From assembly GCA_016845245.1 (NCBI GenBank), contig JAERSY010000133.1, forward strand, positions 10 to 64,009: 64,000 bases of DNA, written 5' to 3'. Of this stretch, positions 37,322-46,560 are shown in pieces. Origin of the DNA: Phycisphaerae bacterium (GTDB lineage: Bacteria; Planctomycetota; Phycisphaerae; Phycisphaerales; SM1A02). The notes below the pieces were generated by a model. It did not search any database. It had not been told where the DNA came from and saw only the letters and a list, made by a program, of their open reading frames with translations. The translations under genes were made by a program, and so were the position numbers. How positions within the stretch are numbered: the stretch's first letter is position 1; each line of letters begins with the position of its first letter.

Positions 37322-37561
37322 CTACCGCCGAACCCTCACATTCTTTCTTCCTTCATCATCTCGCTTCATCAGCGAGCGAATTTTGGTGCTCACAATGCCA
37401 AACAGCATGAGCACGCCAAACACAATACTCGCGAAAAACCCCGCAATCAAAAGGAGTGCCAAAATAGGCAAGAAGAGGATGAGCCCAAAGACAAAGAGTG
37501 CAACAGTCGCTGCCGTTGAACGTGGTTTTGGCGTATTGAATTGAAACTGTCTGAGCATCAT
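37322..37561 (-). CDS. Small two-TM membrane protein
   Basis: 79 aa with two clear hydrophobic helices and a basic C-terminal tail. It lies in an otherwise 280-nt gap and is more protein-like than the overlapping alternative ORFs. Confidence 0.35.
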   Translation of the reverse strand: MMLRQFQFNTPKPRSTAATVALFVFGLILFLPILALLLIAGFFASIVFGVLMLFGIVSTKIRSLMKRDDEGRKNVRVRR

Positions 37562-37603
37562 TTTCTCTATCGTATCTTTTTAGGCGTGGTGGTATGATAA
37601 GAA

Positions 37604-40600
37604 ATGCAAGGAAGCACGTTGAAAAAGAAGCCAACATCAAAATCATTTGTCCACCTCCACCTCCACAGTGAATATTCGCTGCTCGATGGTGGGAATAAGA
37701 TAGACGCTCTGATCGAGCAAGTTCAAGCGCTTGGAATGGATGCCGTTGCTGTGACTGACCATGGCAACTTGTTTGGTGCGTTTGAGTTTTATACAAAAGC
37801 AAAACGTGCTGGTATCAAACCCATTCTTGGAATTGAAGCATACGTTGCACCATTCGATCGGCACGACAAATCTCCGACAGGAATCCGCGATGGTGGTTTT
37901 CACTTAGTCCTTCTTGCAGAGAACAACATTGGGTGGCAACACTTAATGAAGCTCAGTTCAGATTCATACATCAATGGTTTTTACTACAAGCCACGAATGG
38001 ATAAATCCACACTTCAGCAGTGGGGCGACGGGCTCATTGCAATCAATGGTCACCTTGGGAGTTCAATTGCATATCACCTCACAAAGTTTGTGCAATCTGG
38101 TGACGACGAACATTGGCAACATGCCATCGAAGAAGCAAAGTGGCATGCCGAAGTGTTTGCGCCTAATGACAAGGGTGAACCGCGTTTCTTCATTGAACTT
38201 CAGCGTCATGGTGTTGAAGACCAAGAAGAAATCAACCCGCACCTGATCAAGCTTGCTCAAGAGTTAAACTTGCCGCTCGTTTGTGATAATGATGCACACT
38301 TCCTCACAAAAGATGATTGGGATGCGCATGACACGCTCTGTTGCATCTCGATGCAAAAGCAAAAGGATGAAGAGAACAGGATTCATTATCCCAAGGAGTT
38401 GTACGTCAAGTCTCCTGAAGAGATGTTCACAATCTTTGAAGACGTGCCAGAAGCAATTGAAAACAGTCAGAAGATTGCTGAGCGATGTGAGGTAGACATT
38501 GACACGTCAAAATCACACACGCCAGTTGTGCGGGTGACGTATCCAAAAAAGAAACCCGTGTACAAGTCGGGTGATTTAACTGAGTGGTATGCCGATTACT
38601 GCGCAAAGTTTGAACTCCACCCGTTTGATTCTGAAAAAGAAACGGACATTTCAGAAGAAGCGCTGCAAGAAGAATGTGACGCCGCATTGCAACTTCTCTG
38701 TGAGTCAGGTCTTGTTTGGAGATATGGCAAGGACGGCGTGACCGATGAGATTCGGGCGCGACTTAACCGAGAACTCTCCATTCTCTCAGAGAAAAAGATT
38801 AGCGCTTACTTCCTTATCGTTTGGGATTTTGTGAACTGGGCAAGACAACAACATATTCCAGCAAACGCAAGGGGCTCGGGTGTTGGAACGATGGTTGGGT
38901 ATGTGCTTGGTTTATCAAATGCGTGTCCTGAACAATATGGACTACTGTTTGAACGGTTTACTGACCCAAACAGATCAGAGTATCCAGATATCGATATTGA
39001 CATTTGCCAAAATGGCCGCGCGGGTGTGATTGAATACGTGCGTAAGAAGTATGGTCACGTTGCGCAAATCATTACATTTGGAAGGATGAAGGCAAAGGCC
39101 GCGATTAAGGATGTTTCAAGGGTTCATGGCTTGAGCGCTTCGGAGGGCCAGCGGCTTGCAAACTTAGTGCCCGCCGAACTAAACATTACGCTTGATGAAG
39201 CACTCAGTAAAAGTGAAGACTTCCTCAAGGAATACAAATCAAGTGATGAGATTTCGTACGTCGTTGATACTGCTCGAGCCCTCGAACATCACGCCAGACA
39301 TGCGGGCGTTCACGCAGCGGGCGTTGTTGTCGCAACCGAACCACTTGACAACATCGTTCCGCTTGGAAAGGCGACGGGTTCTGCTGACATTGTGACGCAG
39401 TGGGATGGACCGACCTGTGAAACAGTTGGCCTACTGAAGATGGATTTCCTTGGCTTACGAACTCTTTCGACGATTGAACGTTGTAAAGAACTCATCCGGA
39501 AACACTTTGACGAAAAAGTGATTTGGAACGCAATCGGCAAGGAAGAAGGGGATGGGTATCACCCACTTGATTTAGACAGAATTGATTTAAGTGACGACAA
39601 CGTCCTTGAACTGTTTAGAAGAGGTGACACCGCAGGCGTGTTCCAGTTTGAATCAAACGGCATGCGGCGATTGCTCAAAAACATGCAACCGACTCGGTTT
39701 GAAGATTTGATTGCAGCAAACGCACTCTTTAGACCTGGTCCGATGGAACTGATGGGCGAGTTTTGCGACAGAAAAAATGGACGGTCACAAGTTCCAAAAG
39801 TCCATGAGATTGTTGATTCGTTTACTGATGAAACATATGGCATCATGGTGTATCAAGAACAAGTGATGCAGATTGTGCACGCGCTTGGCGATATCCCATT
39901 GCGTGATGCCTATACCCTGATTAAAGCGATTGGTAAAAAGAAACAAAAAGTCATCGATGCAAACCGCTCGATGTTTATTGAGGGCTCTGTGAAGAAGGGG
40001 CTAGAAGAATCTTTCGCAGATAACCTCTTTGAACTTATTCGGAAGTTTGCGGGGTATGGATTTAACAAGAGTCACTCAACTGGATACTCCATCATTGCTT
40101 TCCAAACTGCATATCTTAAGACGTACTTCCCAGTGCAATACATGGCAGCAGTGTTAACGTTTGAAAGTGAAGCAAAGAAAACAGAAGATTGGGCGCCATA
40201 CATCTCTGATTGCAAGCGTACATTCTTCCCTGACCACACTGAAATGGAACCCCACATTGGCTTTGAGGTTGGACCGCCAGACATTAACTATTCCGCAGCG
40301 ACGTTTTCGGTTGTGTTTGAAGAGGACGAGCCAATCACAAACTTGCATGGGTCTGTTCGATTTGGATTAGGCGCGGTCAAGGGTGCTGGGAATGTTGCTG
40401 TTGGTGCAATTGTTGAAGAGCGTGAACAAGGTGGTCCCTTTGAATCACTGTTTGATTTTTGTTCACGATTAAGTGGTCGCGTTGTGAATCGGGCAACCAT
40501 TGAAGCGCTCATCCGAGGTGGTGCGTTTGATGCTGTGCATGGTGTAGAATCGAGAGCTGCACTGATTGCTGCACTCGATAACGCAATCTCGTTTGGAGCA

Positions 40601-41395
40601 TCTGAGGCGGAAGACAGAAGAGTTGGGCAGGGTGGACTCTTTAGTGGTGGCGACGATGAACCGTCAACGCAAAAGGTTGAATGGAAGTTGCCAGACGTAA
40701 AGCCGTGGACCAAGCCGCAAGTCCTAGCCCATGAAAAAGAAGTGCTTGGAATTCATGTATCGGGACACCCACTCGATGACCACAGTGAATACTTGGAATC
40801 GTGGTGTTCCCACACAACACCAATGCTAAAAGAAGTCCAAGATGGACGCGAAGTGGTGATTGGTGGCATGATTTCCTCAATGCGAATCACTGTTGTGCGC
40901 AATGGTCGTTCTGCGGGCAGGAAGATGGCAATGCTCACAATCCAAGACAAGTCAGGAAAAATTGATTGCGTCATCTTCTCAGACGCATATCAAAGATATG
41001 CCGAGATGCTTCAACAAGATGAGGTTGTCATCGTTGTCGGTAAGATCGACCGCTCAAGAGGGGAGTTGCAACTTCTCATCAATCAAGTCATGCAATCAAA
41101 TGATGCGCCGCTCTACTTAGCAAAGCGACTAGAGCTTACATTTTGTGAACAGGAGAAAGCGGGGCTTGCAAAAGGGCAAATGGAATTGGTTTCGGGGCTG
41201 TTGAAACAGGCGGGCGCTTCAGGCGTTGCGAATGGCGCCAAACCCGCTGAAGTTGTTGTGCACATCAACACAGATGGTCGCATTGCCACACTTCGCTCAA
41301 GTCAGCGGGTTGTAGTTGAGCCAAAATTACTTCACCAAATTGGTGAAGTGATTGGACGAAACAACATTCGTGTGGTTTCGATGGGTCGAAACTAG
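37604..41395 (+). CDS. dnaE: DNA polymerase III alpha subunit
   Basis: 1263 aa with a PHP domain (FVHLHLHSEYSLLDG, VAVTDHGNLFG), the polymerase core (GSGVGTMVGY, DIDIDI, HAAGVV, MDFLGLRTL, FNKSHS) and a C-terminal OB region. Confidence 0.95.
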   Translation: MQGSTLKKKPTSKSFVHLHLHSEYSLLDGGNKIDALIEQVQALGMDAVAVTDHGNLFGAFEFYTKAKRAGIKPILGIEAYVAPFDRHDKSPTGIRDGGFHLVLLAENNIGWQHLMKLSSDSYINGFYYKPRMDKSTLQQWGDGLIAINGHLGSSIAYHLTKFVQSGDDEHWQHAIEEAKWHAEVFAPNDKGEPRFFIELQRHGVEDQEEINPHLIKLAQELNLPLVCDNDAHFLTKDDWDAHDTLCCISMQKQKDEENRIHYPKELYVKSPEEMFTIFEDVPEAIENSQKIAERCEVDIDTSKSHTPVVRVTYPKKKPVYKSGDLTEWYADYCAKFELHPFDSEKETDISEEALQEECDAALQLLCESGLVWRYGKDGVTDEIRARLNRELSILSEKKISAYFLIVWDFVNWARQQHIPANARGSGVGTMVGYVLGLSNACPEQYGLLFERFTDPNRSEYPDIDIDICQNGRAGVIEYVRKKYGHVAQIITFGRMKAKAAIKDVSRVHGLSASEGQRLANLVPAELNITLDEALSKSEDFLKEYKSSDEISYVVDTARALEHHARHAGVHAAGVVVATEPLDNIVPLGKATGSADIVTQWDGPTCETVGLLKMDFLGLRTLSTIERCKELIRKHFDEKVIWNAIGKEEGDGYHPLDLDRIDLSDDNVLELFRRGDTAGVFQFESNGMRRLLKNMQPTRFEDLIAANALFRPGPMELMGEFCDRKNGRSQVPKVHEIVDSFTDETYGIMVYQEQVMQIVHALGDIPLRDAYTLIKAIGKKKQKVIDANRSMFIEGSVKKGLEESFADNLFELIRKFAGYGFNKSHSTGYSIIAFQTAYLKTYFPVQYMAAVLTFESEAKKTEDWAPYISDCKRTFFPDHTEMEPHIGFEVGPPDINYSAATFSVVFEEDEPITNLHGSVRFGLGAVKGAGNVAVGAIVEEREQGGPFESLFDFCSRLSGRVVNRATIEALIRGGAFDAVHGVESRAALIAALDNAISFGASEAEDRRVGQGGLFSGGDDEPSTQKVEWKLPDVKPWTKPQVLAHEKEVLGIHVSGHPLDDHSEYLESWCSHTTPMLKEVQDGREVVIGGMISSMRITVVRNGRSAGRKMAMLTIQDKSGKIDCVIFSDAYQRYAEMLQQDEVVIVVGKIDRSRGELQLLINQVMQSNDAPLYLAKRLELTFCEQEKAGLAKGQMELVSGLLKQAGASGVANGAKPAEVVVHINTDGRIATLRSSQRVVVEPKLLHQIGEVIGRNNIRVVSMGRN

Positions 41396-41405
41396 TTCTC
41401 GCTTA

Positions 41406-42527
41406 TTACGCTGCTTTTCCAAATGACCAATCATCGTCATTGTCAATTGATTCACTTGGCCATGTACTTTCGGCACGATTGTAAATTCGAAGAATAGTGC
41501 CGAGTTGCTGACCAAAGATTTGACGGAGTGATTCAAGTGATTCAATCATGTCTTGCGTAAATGGTTTTGTGTCAATTCTAAAGAGTACAACAGTTGCCAT
41601 GCACTTTTGGTCGTTGAAGCAGCCAAATGTGATGACTTCAGAGCCAGTAAAATCTTCAGACTCAAGATTGTGCATATTCGCAAACACTTCGCCATCTGTA
41701 TATCGACTTAGATTTGGTTCGTTTGCAACTGAGGAACAAACTGAACCCATCATGCTGTTCATGAGTGCTTGGTATTCCTCTGCTTGCCTGTCGTAATTCA
41801 CAAAAGCGCCAACGCCCCAGTCTACGTTACCTTCACGTAGATACACCGCTACATTCATTGCGCCTATTCGCGTCAATAGGTAGCCAAGGGCAGTGCGTAA
41901 CATCGATTCAACATCGAGTTCTTGATTAATGAGCGTCTTAAACTCAGCGCACATTGCAACTTGCTTCATGCGCTTTTCAGTTTCACAATATGAGTTCGCT
42001 AGATCGTTGCAGAGCGAATCTTTTTCGCTTTCAATTCGATGTCGCTCATTGTTAAGTTGGTTACACAAGTCATAAATCTGATTTGTGTTGTCAATTGACT
42101 CTTGATTGAGTCTCGACTGGTTAAGTGCAAGCTGGATACGTTCACAAACTGCGTTCAGATCTTCAGGCATGTTAAAGAAGTCGACACCGCCGCAGCGTAT
42201 AAACTCAATGGCAGCATCATAGGAAGGGTTCGAAGTAAACCCAGCAATGATGCTACTCGCTGAAAGTAGTGAAGTTGTTTCAAACACCTCTTCACAGTGG
42301 ACCTTGGTTTGGCAAGAGATAAGCGTGACGTCAACTTCGTTGTGCGTTAAGTGTTCTTCATACGCTTGACTGTTTGCAACACATGAAACATCGTGTCCTG
42401 CAACTTCAAGTAGTGCGCGAAGTGATTCAACTGTTGATTGTTCTCCACCAACAATACAAATCATGCCGGGTGAGTTGTCATTCTCATTGCTGTTTGTGTT
42501 TTCAATTGCTTTGTCAAAGTAATCCAT
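41406..42527 (-). CDS. Regulatory protein: receiver-like (pseudo-receiver) domain, coiled coil and GAF-like domain
   Basis: The N-terminus follows a CheY-like alternating pattern (MICIVGGE..., VDVTLISCQ, IIAGFTS, GGVDFFNMP) but lacks Asp at the phospho-acceptor position. The middle is heptad-rich. The C-terminal about 160 aa resembles GAF. Confidence 0.55.
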   Translation of the reverse strand: MDYFDKAIENTNSNENDNSPGMICIVGGEQSTVESLRALLEVAGHDVSCVANSQAYEEHLTHNEVDVTLISCQTKVHCEEVFETTSLLSASSIIAGFTSNPSYDAAIEFIRCGGVDFFNMPEDLNAVCERIQLALNQSRLNQESIDNTNQIYDLCNQLNNERHRIESEKDSLCNDLANSYCETEKRMKQVAMCAEFKTLINQELDVESMLRTALGYLLTRIGAMNVAVYLREGNVDWGVGAFVNYDRQAEEYQALMNSMMGSVCSSVANEPNLSRYTDGEVFANMHNLESEDFTGSEVITFGCFNDQKCMATVVLFRIDTKPFTQDMIESLESLRQIFGQQLGTILRIYNRAESTWPSESIDNDDDWSFGKAA

Positions 42528-42558
42528 AGTTGCCTTTCTAGTGCGCTTGCTCAGTTCT

Positions 42559-43101
42559 CTATGCGGTGAGCAATTGCTGCACTGCGTCTTTGATCGCTTG
42601 GTTTGAATCGGAACTATTTGAGCCCATATTCAGTGTGTTGCTGTAATTCTCAATTTTTACAACGATTGGCTGGTCAGCACCCTCACAGAGTTTCGAAACC
42701 GATTGCTGTGTTGATGCATACATCTCGTTGTTACATAAAATGAGGCCTGGGTTTAACTTATGTGTAAGAAAACCCGCTTCAAACACGCTTGTTGCATGGT
42801 GAATCTGAATGTTGTGGCCCGTTGCTTGCCCTTGAACAATTGCGTCGATGCCATTGTTTGGGATGCCGATGACAAGAATGTGCGCCGGACCTGATTCCAT
42901 TGTTGACGCATCAATACCATTGAGGTGCATGAAACGAACAAGTTCAGCTCTTGGAATGCGTCTAAATCGCGATCCGGGAACTTTAAATCCTTGTAAGCGT
43001 CCACTGTCGAAACAACGAATGATTGTTTGTTGCGATACATTGCAAATCTTTGCTGCTTCACCAGTTGTGAATACTTGTTTGTTCATCAGTTCTTCAGTCA
43101 T
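42559..43101 (-). CDS. DNA-binding protein: excisionase/MerR-type HTH (HTH_17-like) plus receiver-like domain
   Basis: FTTGEAAKICNVSQQTIIRCFDSGRLQGFKVPGSRFRRIPRAEL, then a CheY-like fold pattern (HILVIGIP..., GLILCNNEM). The ATG at 43101 is preceded by AAGGAA, and the upstream extension is Cys/Arg-rich. Confidence 0.6.
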   Translation of the reverse strand: MTEELMNKQVFTTGEAAKICNVSQQTIIRCFDSGRLQGFKVPGSRFRRIPRAELVRFMHLNGIDASTMESGPAHILVIGIPNNGIDAIVQGQATGHNIQIHHATSVFEAGFLTHKLNPGLILCNNEMYASTQQSVSKLCEGADQPIVVKIENYSNTLNMGSNSSDSNQAIKDAVQQLLTA

Positions 43102-43226
43102 GTTTAAGTTCCTTACGATGAAATCCTGTTCAGTAAATGAGGCATTCTTGAGGCACCTTCGTTGCAACTTGGAGTTGCAGCAGGTTTCCCAATTTGCCTG
43201 AAGCACCTTCGTCCCCAAAACAACCA

Positions 43227-43249
43227 AACTTCACAGAGTTTGTGAAGTT
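43227..43249 (-). terminator. 9-bp inverted repeat downstream of tsaB (possible terminator)
   Basis: aacttcaca gagtt tgtgaagtt, followed on the minus strand by TGGTTGTTTTGGGG, a weak U tract. Confidence 0.3.
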
Positions 43250-43307
43250 GGGCGAAAATTAATGATTAGGAAAAAGGGTTAAACAGTCTTGCACTGTCGT
43301 TGGAGAC

Positions 43308-43994
43308 TTACCGGACGTTGCGCTGGGCGTTCCACTTTCGTACCGCCTCGGGCTCACGCGGGTAGAGCGGCGTTGCGTGGATCGCTTCTGTCGTTTCGCC
43401 TTGTAAGAAGTACGAACCACCTGCTCGCATTAATGAGATTGCGGTCGGCGCGTATGGTTGAAGTGGAATCTCAAACCCACTGGCAATCTCAGACAGTTTG
43501 GAGTTGCAGAGCACGCCGCTAAACTCTTCTTGGCGGCCTTGAACCTCAGCGACAGTCGCGAGCGCTCCCTCGCATTCCCACAGGTTGTTTGTGAACCGTA
43601 GAGTTGAAAGCCAAAACGAGTCGCCTTTCACTGCTTCGATTGAAAGCAGCGGCTCATATTCACCGAGCGCTTCGGCAGCAGAAGCTGCAGAGGGGACGCA
43701 GGCAATTGGCGCGCCCGTGACGAACGAAACATGTTTGGCAATCGTTGTTGCGATTCTCATTGTGGTAAATCCACTCGGGCCTATCGAAACCGTAATGAGT
43801 GACAACTCTCTTGGCGTGAGGTCAGCTGCTTTCATAAGTTCATCGATTGCAGGCAAGACTGCATCACTCTCTCGAGAACTAGATTGAATCGTCTTCGTGA
43901 TGACATCGCCATTCTTGTTTGATACGCCCACTTCGCCGGTTGGGAGTGTCAGTTCGATAGAAAGCGTGTTGGGAATAATGGAATCAGAGCTCAC
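43308..43994 (-). CDS. tsaB: tRNA t6A37 threonylcarbamoyltransferase complex subunit TsaB (YeaZ)
   Basis: Size and motifs match: LITVSIGPSGFTTMRIATTIAK corresponds to GPGSFTGLRIG. Confidence 0.75.
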   Translation of the reverse strand: MSSDSIIPNTLSIELTLPTGEVGVSNKNGDVITKTIQSSSRESDAVLPAIDELMKAADLTPRELSLITVSIGPSGFTTMRIATTIAKHVSFVTGAPIACVPSAASAAEALGEYEPLLSIEAVKGDSFWLSTLRFTNNLWECEGALATVAEVQGRQEEFSGVLCNSKLSEIASGFEIPLQPYAPTAISLMRAGGSYFLQGETTEAIHATPLYPREPEAVRKWNAQRNVR

Positions 43995-44865
43995 TTGGTT
44001 CGATCCTAACTGATTGAAGTTTTATTGCGTCTTGCACTGCGTCTTTTGCAGTTCTAATTGATGCCAAGTTAAGGTGTAGCGCAGCGCCGTGTTGATGGTC
44101 ACTGTTTAACTGCAACATGTTCCTAAAGTTTGCGCACACACCTGCAGGGACGTATGCGTGACCAAGGCAAAACAGTTTGACGTTCCATGTGTTTGCGAGT
44201 GCATCAAGTTGTGACTGTGAATGTTGTCTTCCCCAAACCATGAAGTATGCTGAACCATCGCTCTGAACATCTCTTTTTGTTAACCGCCTGTGAATCACAT
44301 TTGCATCAAACACATCCATCACCGCTTCATTCGGAAGACTGTGTGAACAAAACAAGCCCGAGTCTGATTTAGCAACAAGCGGCATCGCTTTAAGGAAGCC
44401 ATCAATGGCGTCTAACACTTTGGGAGACTTTTTAGCAAAGATGTGTCGAACACCCTCAGAAAAACGCCAAACCATTTCAAAGCCACCCTTCGTAATTTCT
44501 TTTTGAGTCAATTGAGATAACTCGTGATTCGCAAGAATAGGATGGACTTGGGTTGGAAAACGGTTGATAAGTGCTGCCACACGAAGCAACATGCGATAAC
44601 TCAAATCATGCCCTTCACTTTGATTCGTTCCATGAATCAGCTCTTGCAGAACAACATGGTTTGATTCCTTTTCCAATGAAGCAAGTTTTACGATCTTTGC
44701 AAGGTGGAAGGGGTTGTCATGCAAGTCGCCTGAAACCACGACGCTCCCTTCGCTCGGCAGTGTGTGTGTTGAGCCCACTGTAAGCTTGAGCAAGTGTTCT
44801 GATGCTTGTGCAAATGTGTCAATCACAGATGATGGATCTGACACATTCGTTGAAGGGAGTTGCAC
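43984..44865 (-). CDS. Atypical calcineurin-like/PPP-type metallophosphoesterase
   Basis: Motif I GDLHD, ANHE in place of GNHE, and later CSHS and LGHAY. The GDxxDRG motif is not recognisable. GTG start overlaps the methyltransferase stop by 1 nt. Confidence 0.55.
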   Translation of the reverse strand: MQLPSTNVSDPSSVIDTFAQASEHLLKLTVGSTHTLPSEGSVVVSGDLHDNPFHLAKIVKLASLEKESNHVVLQELIHGTNQSEGHDLSYRMLLRVAALINRFPTQVHPILANHELSQLTQKEITKGGFEMVWRFSEGVRHIFAKKSPKVLDAIDGFLKAMPLVAKSDSGLFCSHSLPNEAVMDVFDANVIHRRLTKRDVQSDGSAYFMVWGRQHSQSQLDALANTWNVKLFCLGHAYVPAGVCANFRNMLQLNSDHQHGAALHLNLASIRTAKDAVQDAIKLQSVRIEPSEL

Positions 44866-45857
44866 TATGGAGTCCTCTTCTTATGAATCGCAGAGCTTTG
44901 CCCAATCGAACAGTTCTTACGAATCATTCCGATTGTTGAGATCCTTTCCCACGCACTTGCTGCATTCACTTCGGAGCACTCAATCGAGATTGAACGTCTG
45001 CCGTGGGCTCGTGCAACAGTCCCAGTCGTGCCACTTCCCGCAAATGGGTCTAACACCAAATCACCCTCGTTAGAACACGCCAAGATGACCCGTTCTAAAT
45101 ACACCTCAGGAATTTGGTTGTGGTGCCCATGACGACGCTCCCGACTATTGCCCTGCACTCGACCCCAATATTTGCCGTACCACACATCCATTGGTACACG
45201 CATGCCTTTATTTTTACCTTTTTTGAGTGTTCGCTTGTCGTTATAGATTGTTGCCCTGTCACTTTTTTCAAGAATTGCATCGCCATTCCATGTTCGGTGT
45301 TCCGAATCTTTAACAAAGTACAGTGCATGCACTTTACTCATGATGAATGATCCCTCGCGATGTTGACCGAACCGAAAATGCCACACACACCAGTTCACCA
45401 TTGTTAACCCTCGACGTTTAAGGTGGAGCACGACTTCTGCGGCGGTATCGTCCGGAATGTTAATCCACATTGCACCTGTTGGTGAAAGGGTGTTGATGCA
45501 AAGGTCTAGCCAATCAAATGTAAATCGTTCAAACTCGGAGCGTGGCATGTCATCAGACCAATTTTCATATGGCACATCCCAGTTAAACGGCGGGTCGGCA
45601 AAAATTAAGTCAACGCTTCCTTTCTCTGGAAGATTGGCAAGCACGCTTCTGCAATCACCTACATACAGCGATGTCTCTGGCTCAAGTAGCGTATGTGTTG
45701 GTGAAACGAGTTTGCGTTCTGGGTGATGTGACGGCACTTGGTCTCCAAGAAGTGTGACGTCGTCATAATTCTCGTTGTGCCGCTGCGAAGCGATTGAGCC
45801 AAGTGGTGTTGAGTAACCACCCGGTCTATCAAAGCTAGTATTCTTTTGCTCAGGCAT
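44865..45857 (-). CDS. Beta-class DNA methyltransferase (N6_N4_Mtase family, probably m6A)
   Basis: Motif IV DLIFADPPFNW precedes motif I DPFAGSGTTG, which is the beta permutation order. The N-terminal extension of about 60 aa is of unknown function. Confidence 0.85.
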   Translation of the reverse strand: MPEQKNTSFDRPGGYSTPLGSIASQRHNENYDDVTLLGDQVPSHHPERKLVSPTHTLLEPETSLYVGDCRSVLANLPEKGSVDLIFADPPFNWDVPYENWSDDMPRSEFERFTFDWLDLCINTLSPTGAMWINIPDDTAAEVVLHLKRRGLTMVNWCVWHFRFGQHREGSFIMSKVHALYFVKDSEHRTWNGDAILEKSDRATIYNDKRTLKKGKNKGMRVPMDVWYGKYWGRVQGNSRERRHGHHNQIPEVYLERVILACSNEGDLVLDPFAGSGTTGTVARAHGRRSISIECSEVNAASAWERISTIGMIRKNCSIGQSSAIHKKRTP

Positions 45858-45864
45858 CGCCTAC

Positions 45865-46527
45865 CTACAGTGTTCCAAAAATTCTGTCGCCAGCATCACC
45901 AAGACCTGGAACGATGTAACCTTTTTCATTCAAGCAAGAGTCTATGGACGCGGTAAAGATTGTGAGTGTTGGGTGGTCTTCACGAAGACGTTGAGCACCT
46001 TCTGGAGCAGCAACAAGACAAACCATTTGCACAATCTTACAACCAAGTTCATTGATTAAGATGTTTGCAGCGTATGACGCCGAGCCGCCTGTTGCGAGCA
46101 TTGGGTCAATCAATAGAACAGGGCCGCCTGCAATGTCTGTTGGCACTTTGCTGTAGTAGGGAACGGGTTCTTTTGTTTCTTCGTTTCTGTAGACTCCGAT
46201 GTGACCGACTCTTGCTTCTGGAATCATTTGAAGAATGCCATCAGTCATTCCAATACCCGCGCGCAACACAGGCACAAGTGTGACAGGATCAGCGAGCCGT
46301 TTTCCTTCGGTTCGTTGAAGTGGAGTTTCGATTTCAACTTCTGTTGTCTGGAACTCGCGTGATAATTGAAAGCACATGAGACCCGCAATCTCGTTGAGTA
46401 GTCGTCTAAAATCAGTGTGCTGCGTATCTTTTTGACGAATTCTTGTGAGTTTGTCTTGAATCACAGGGTGGTCAAAAACCCACACATTTGGATGTTCGAT
46501 TGATTGTTTAGGCATTTGAGTCATCAC
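45865..46527 (-). CDS. upp: Uracil phosphoribosyltransferase
   Basis: HPVIQDKLT.IR, VPVLRAG, LLIDPMLATGGS, GYIVPGLGDAGDR. Confidence 0.9.
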   Translation of the reverse strand: MMTQMPKQSIEHPNVWVFDHPVIQDKLTRIRQKDTQHTDFRRLLNEIAGLMCFQLSREFQTTEVEIETPLQRTEGKRLADPVTLVPVLRAGIGMTDGILQMIPEARVGHIGVYRNEETKEPVPYYSKVPTDIAGGPVLLIDPMLATGGSASYAANILINELGCKIVQMVCLVAAPEGAQRLREDHPTLTIFTASIDSCLNEKGYIVPGLGDAGDRIFGTL

Positions 46528-46560
46528 TATGATATCTAGGGTGTTAAAATTAACAACTCT

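Noticed and set aside
43102-43227. 42-aa N-terminal extension of the HTH regulator
   Set aside because: It is Cys/Arg-rich and not protein-like. The ATG at 43101 has AAGGAA upstream, and the region contains repeats better explained as regulatory DNA.
44865-45857. Calling a restriction-modification system
   Set aside because: No ORF with a recognisable endonuclease motif is adjacent. The gene sits in a housekeeping operon (upp, tsaB). I report it only as an orphan methylase with an unusual neighbour.
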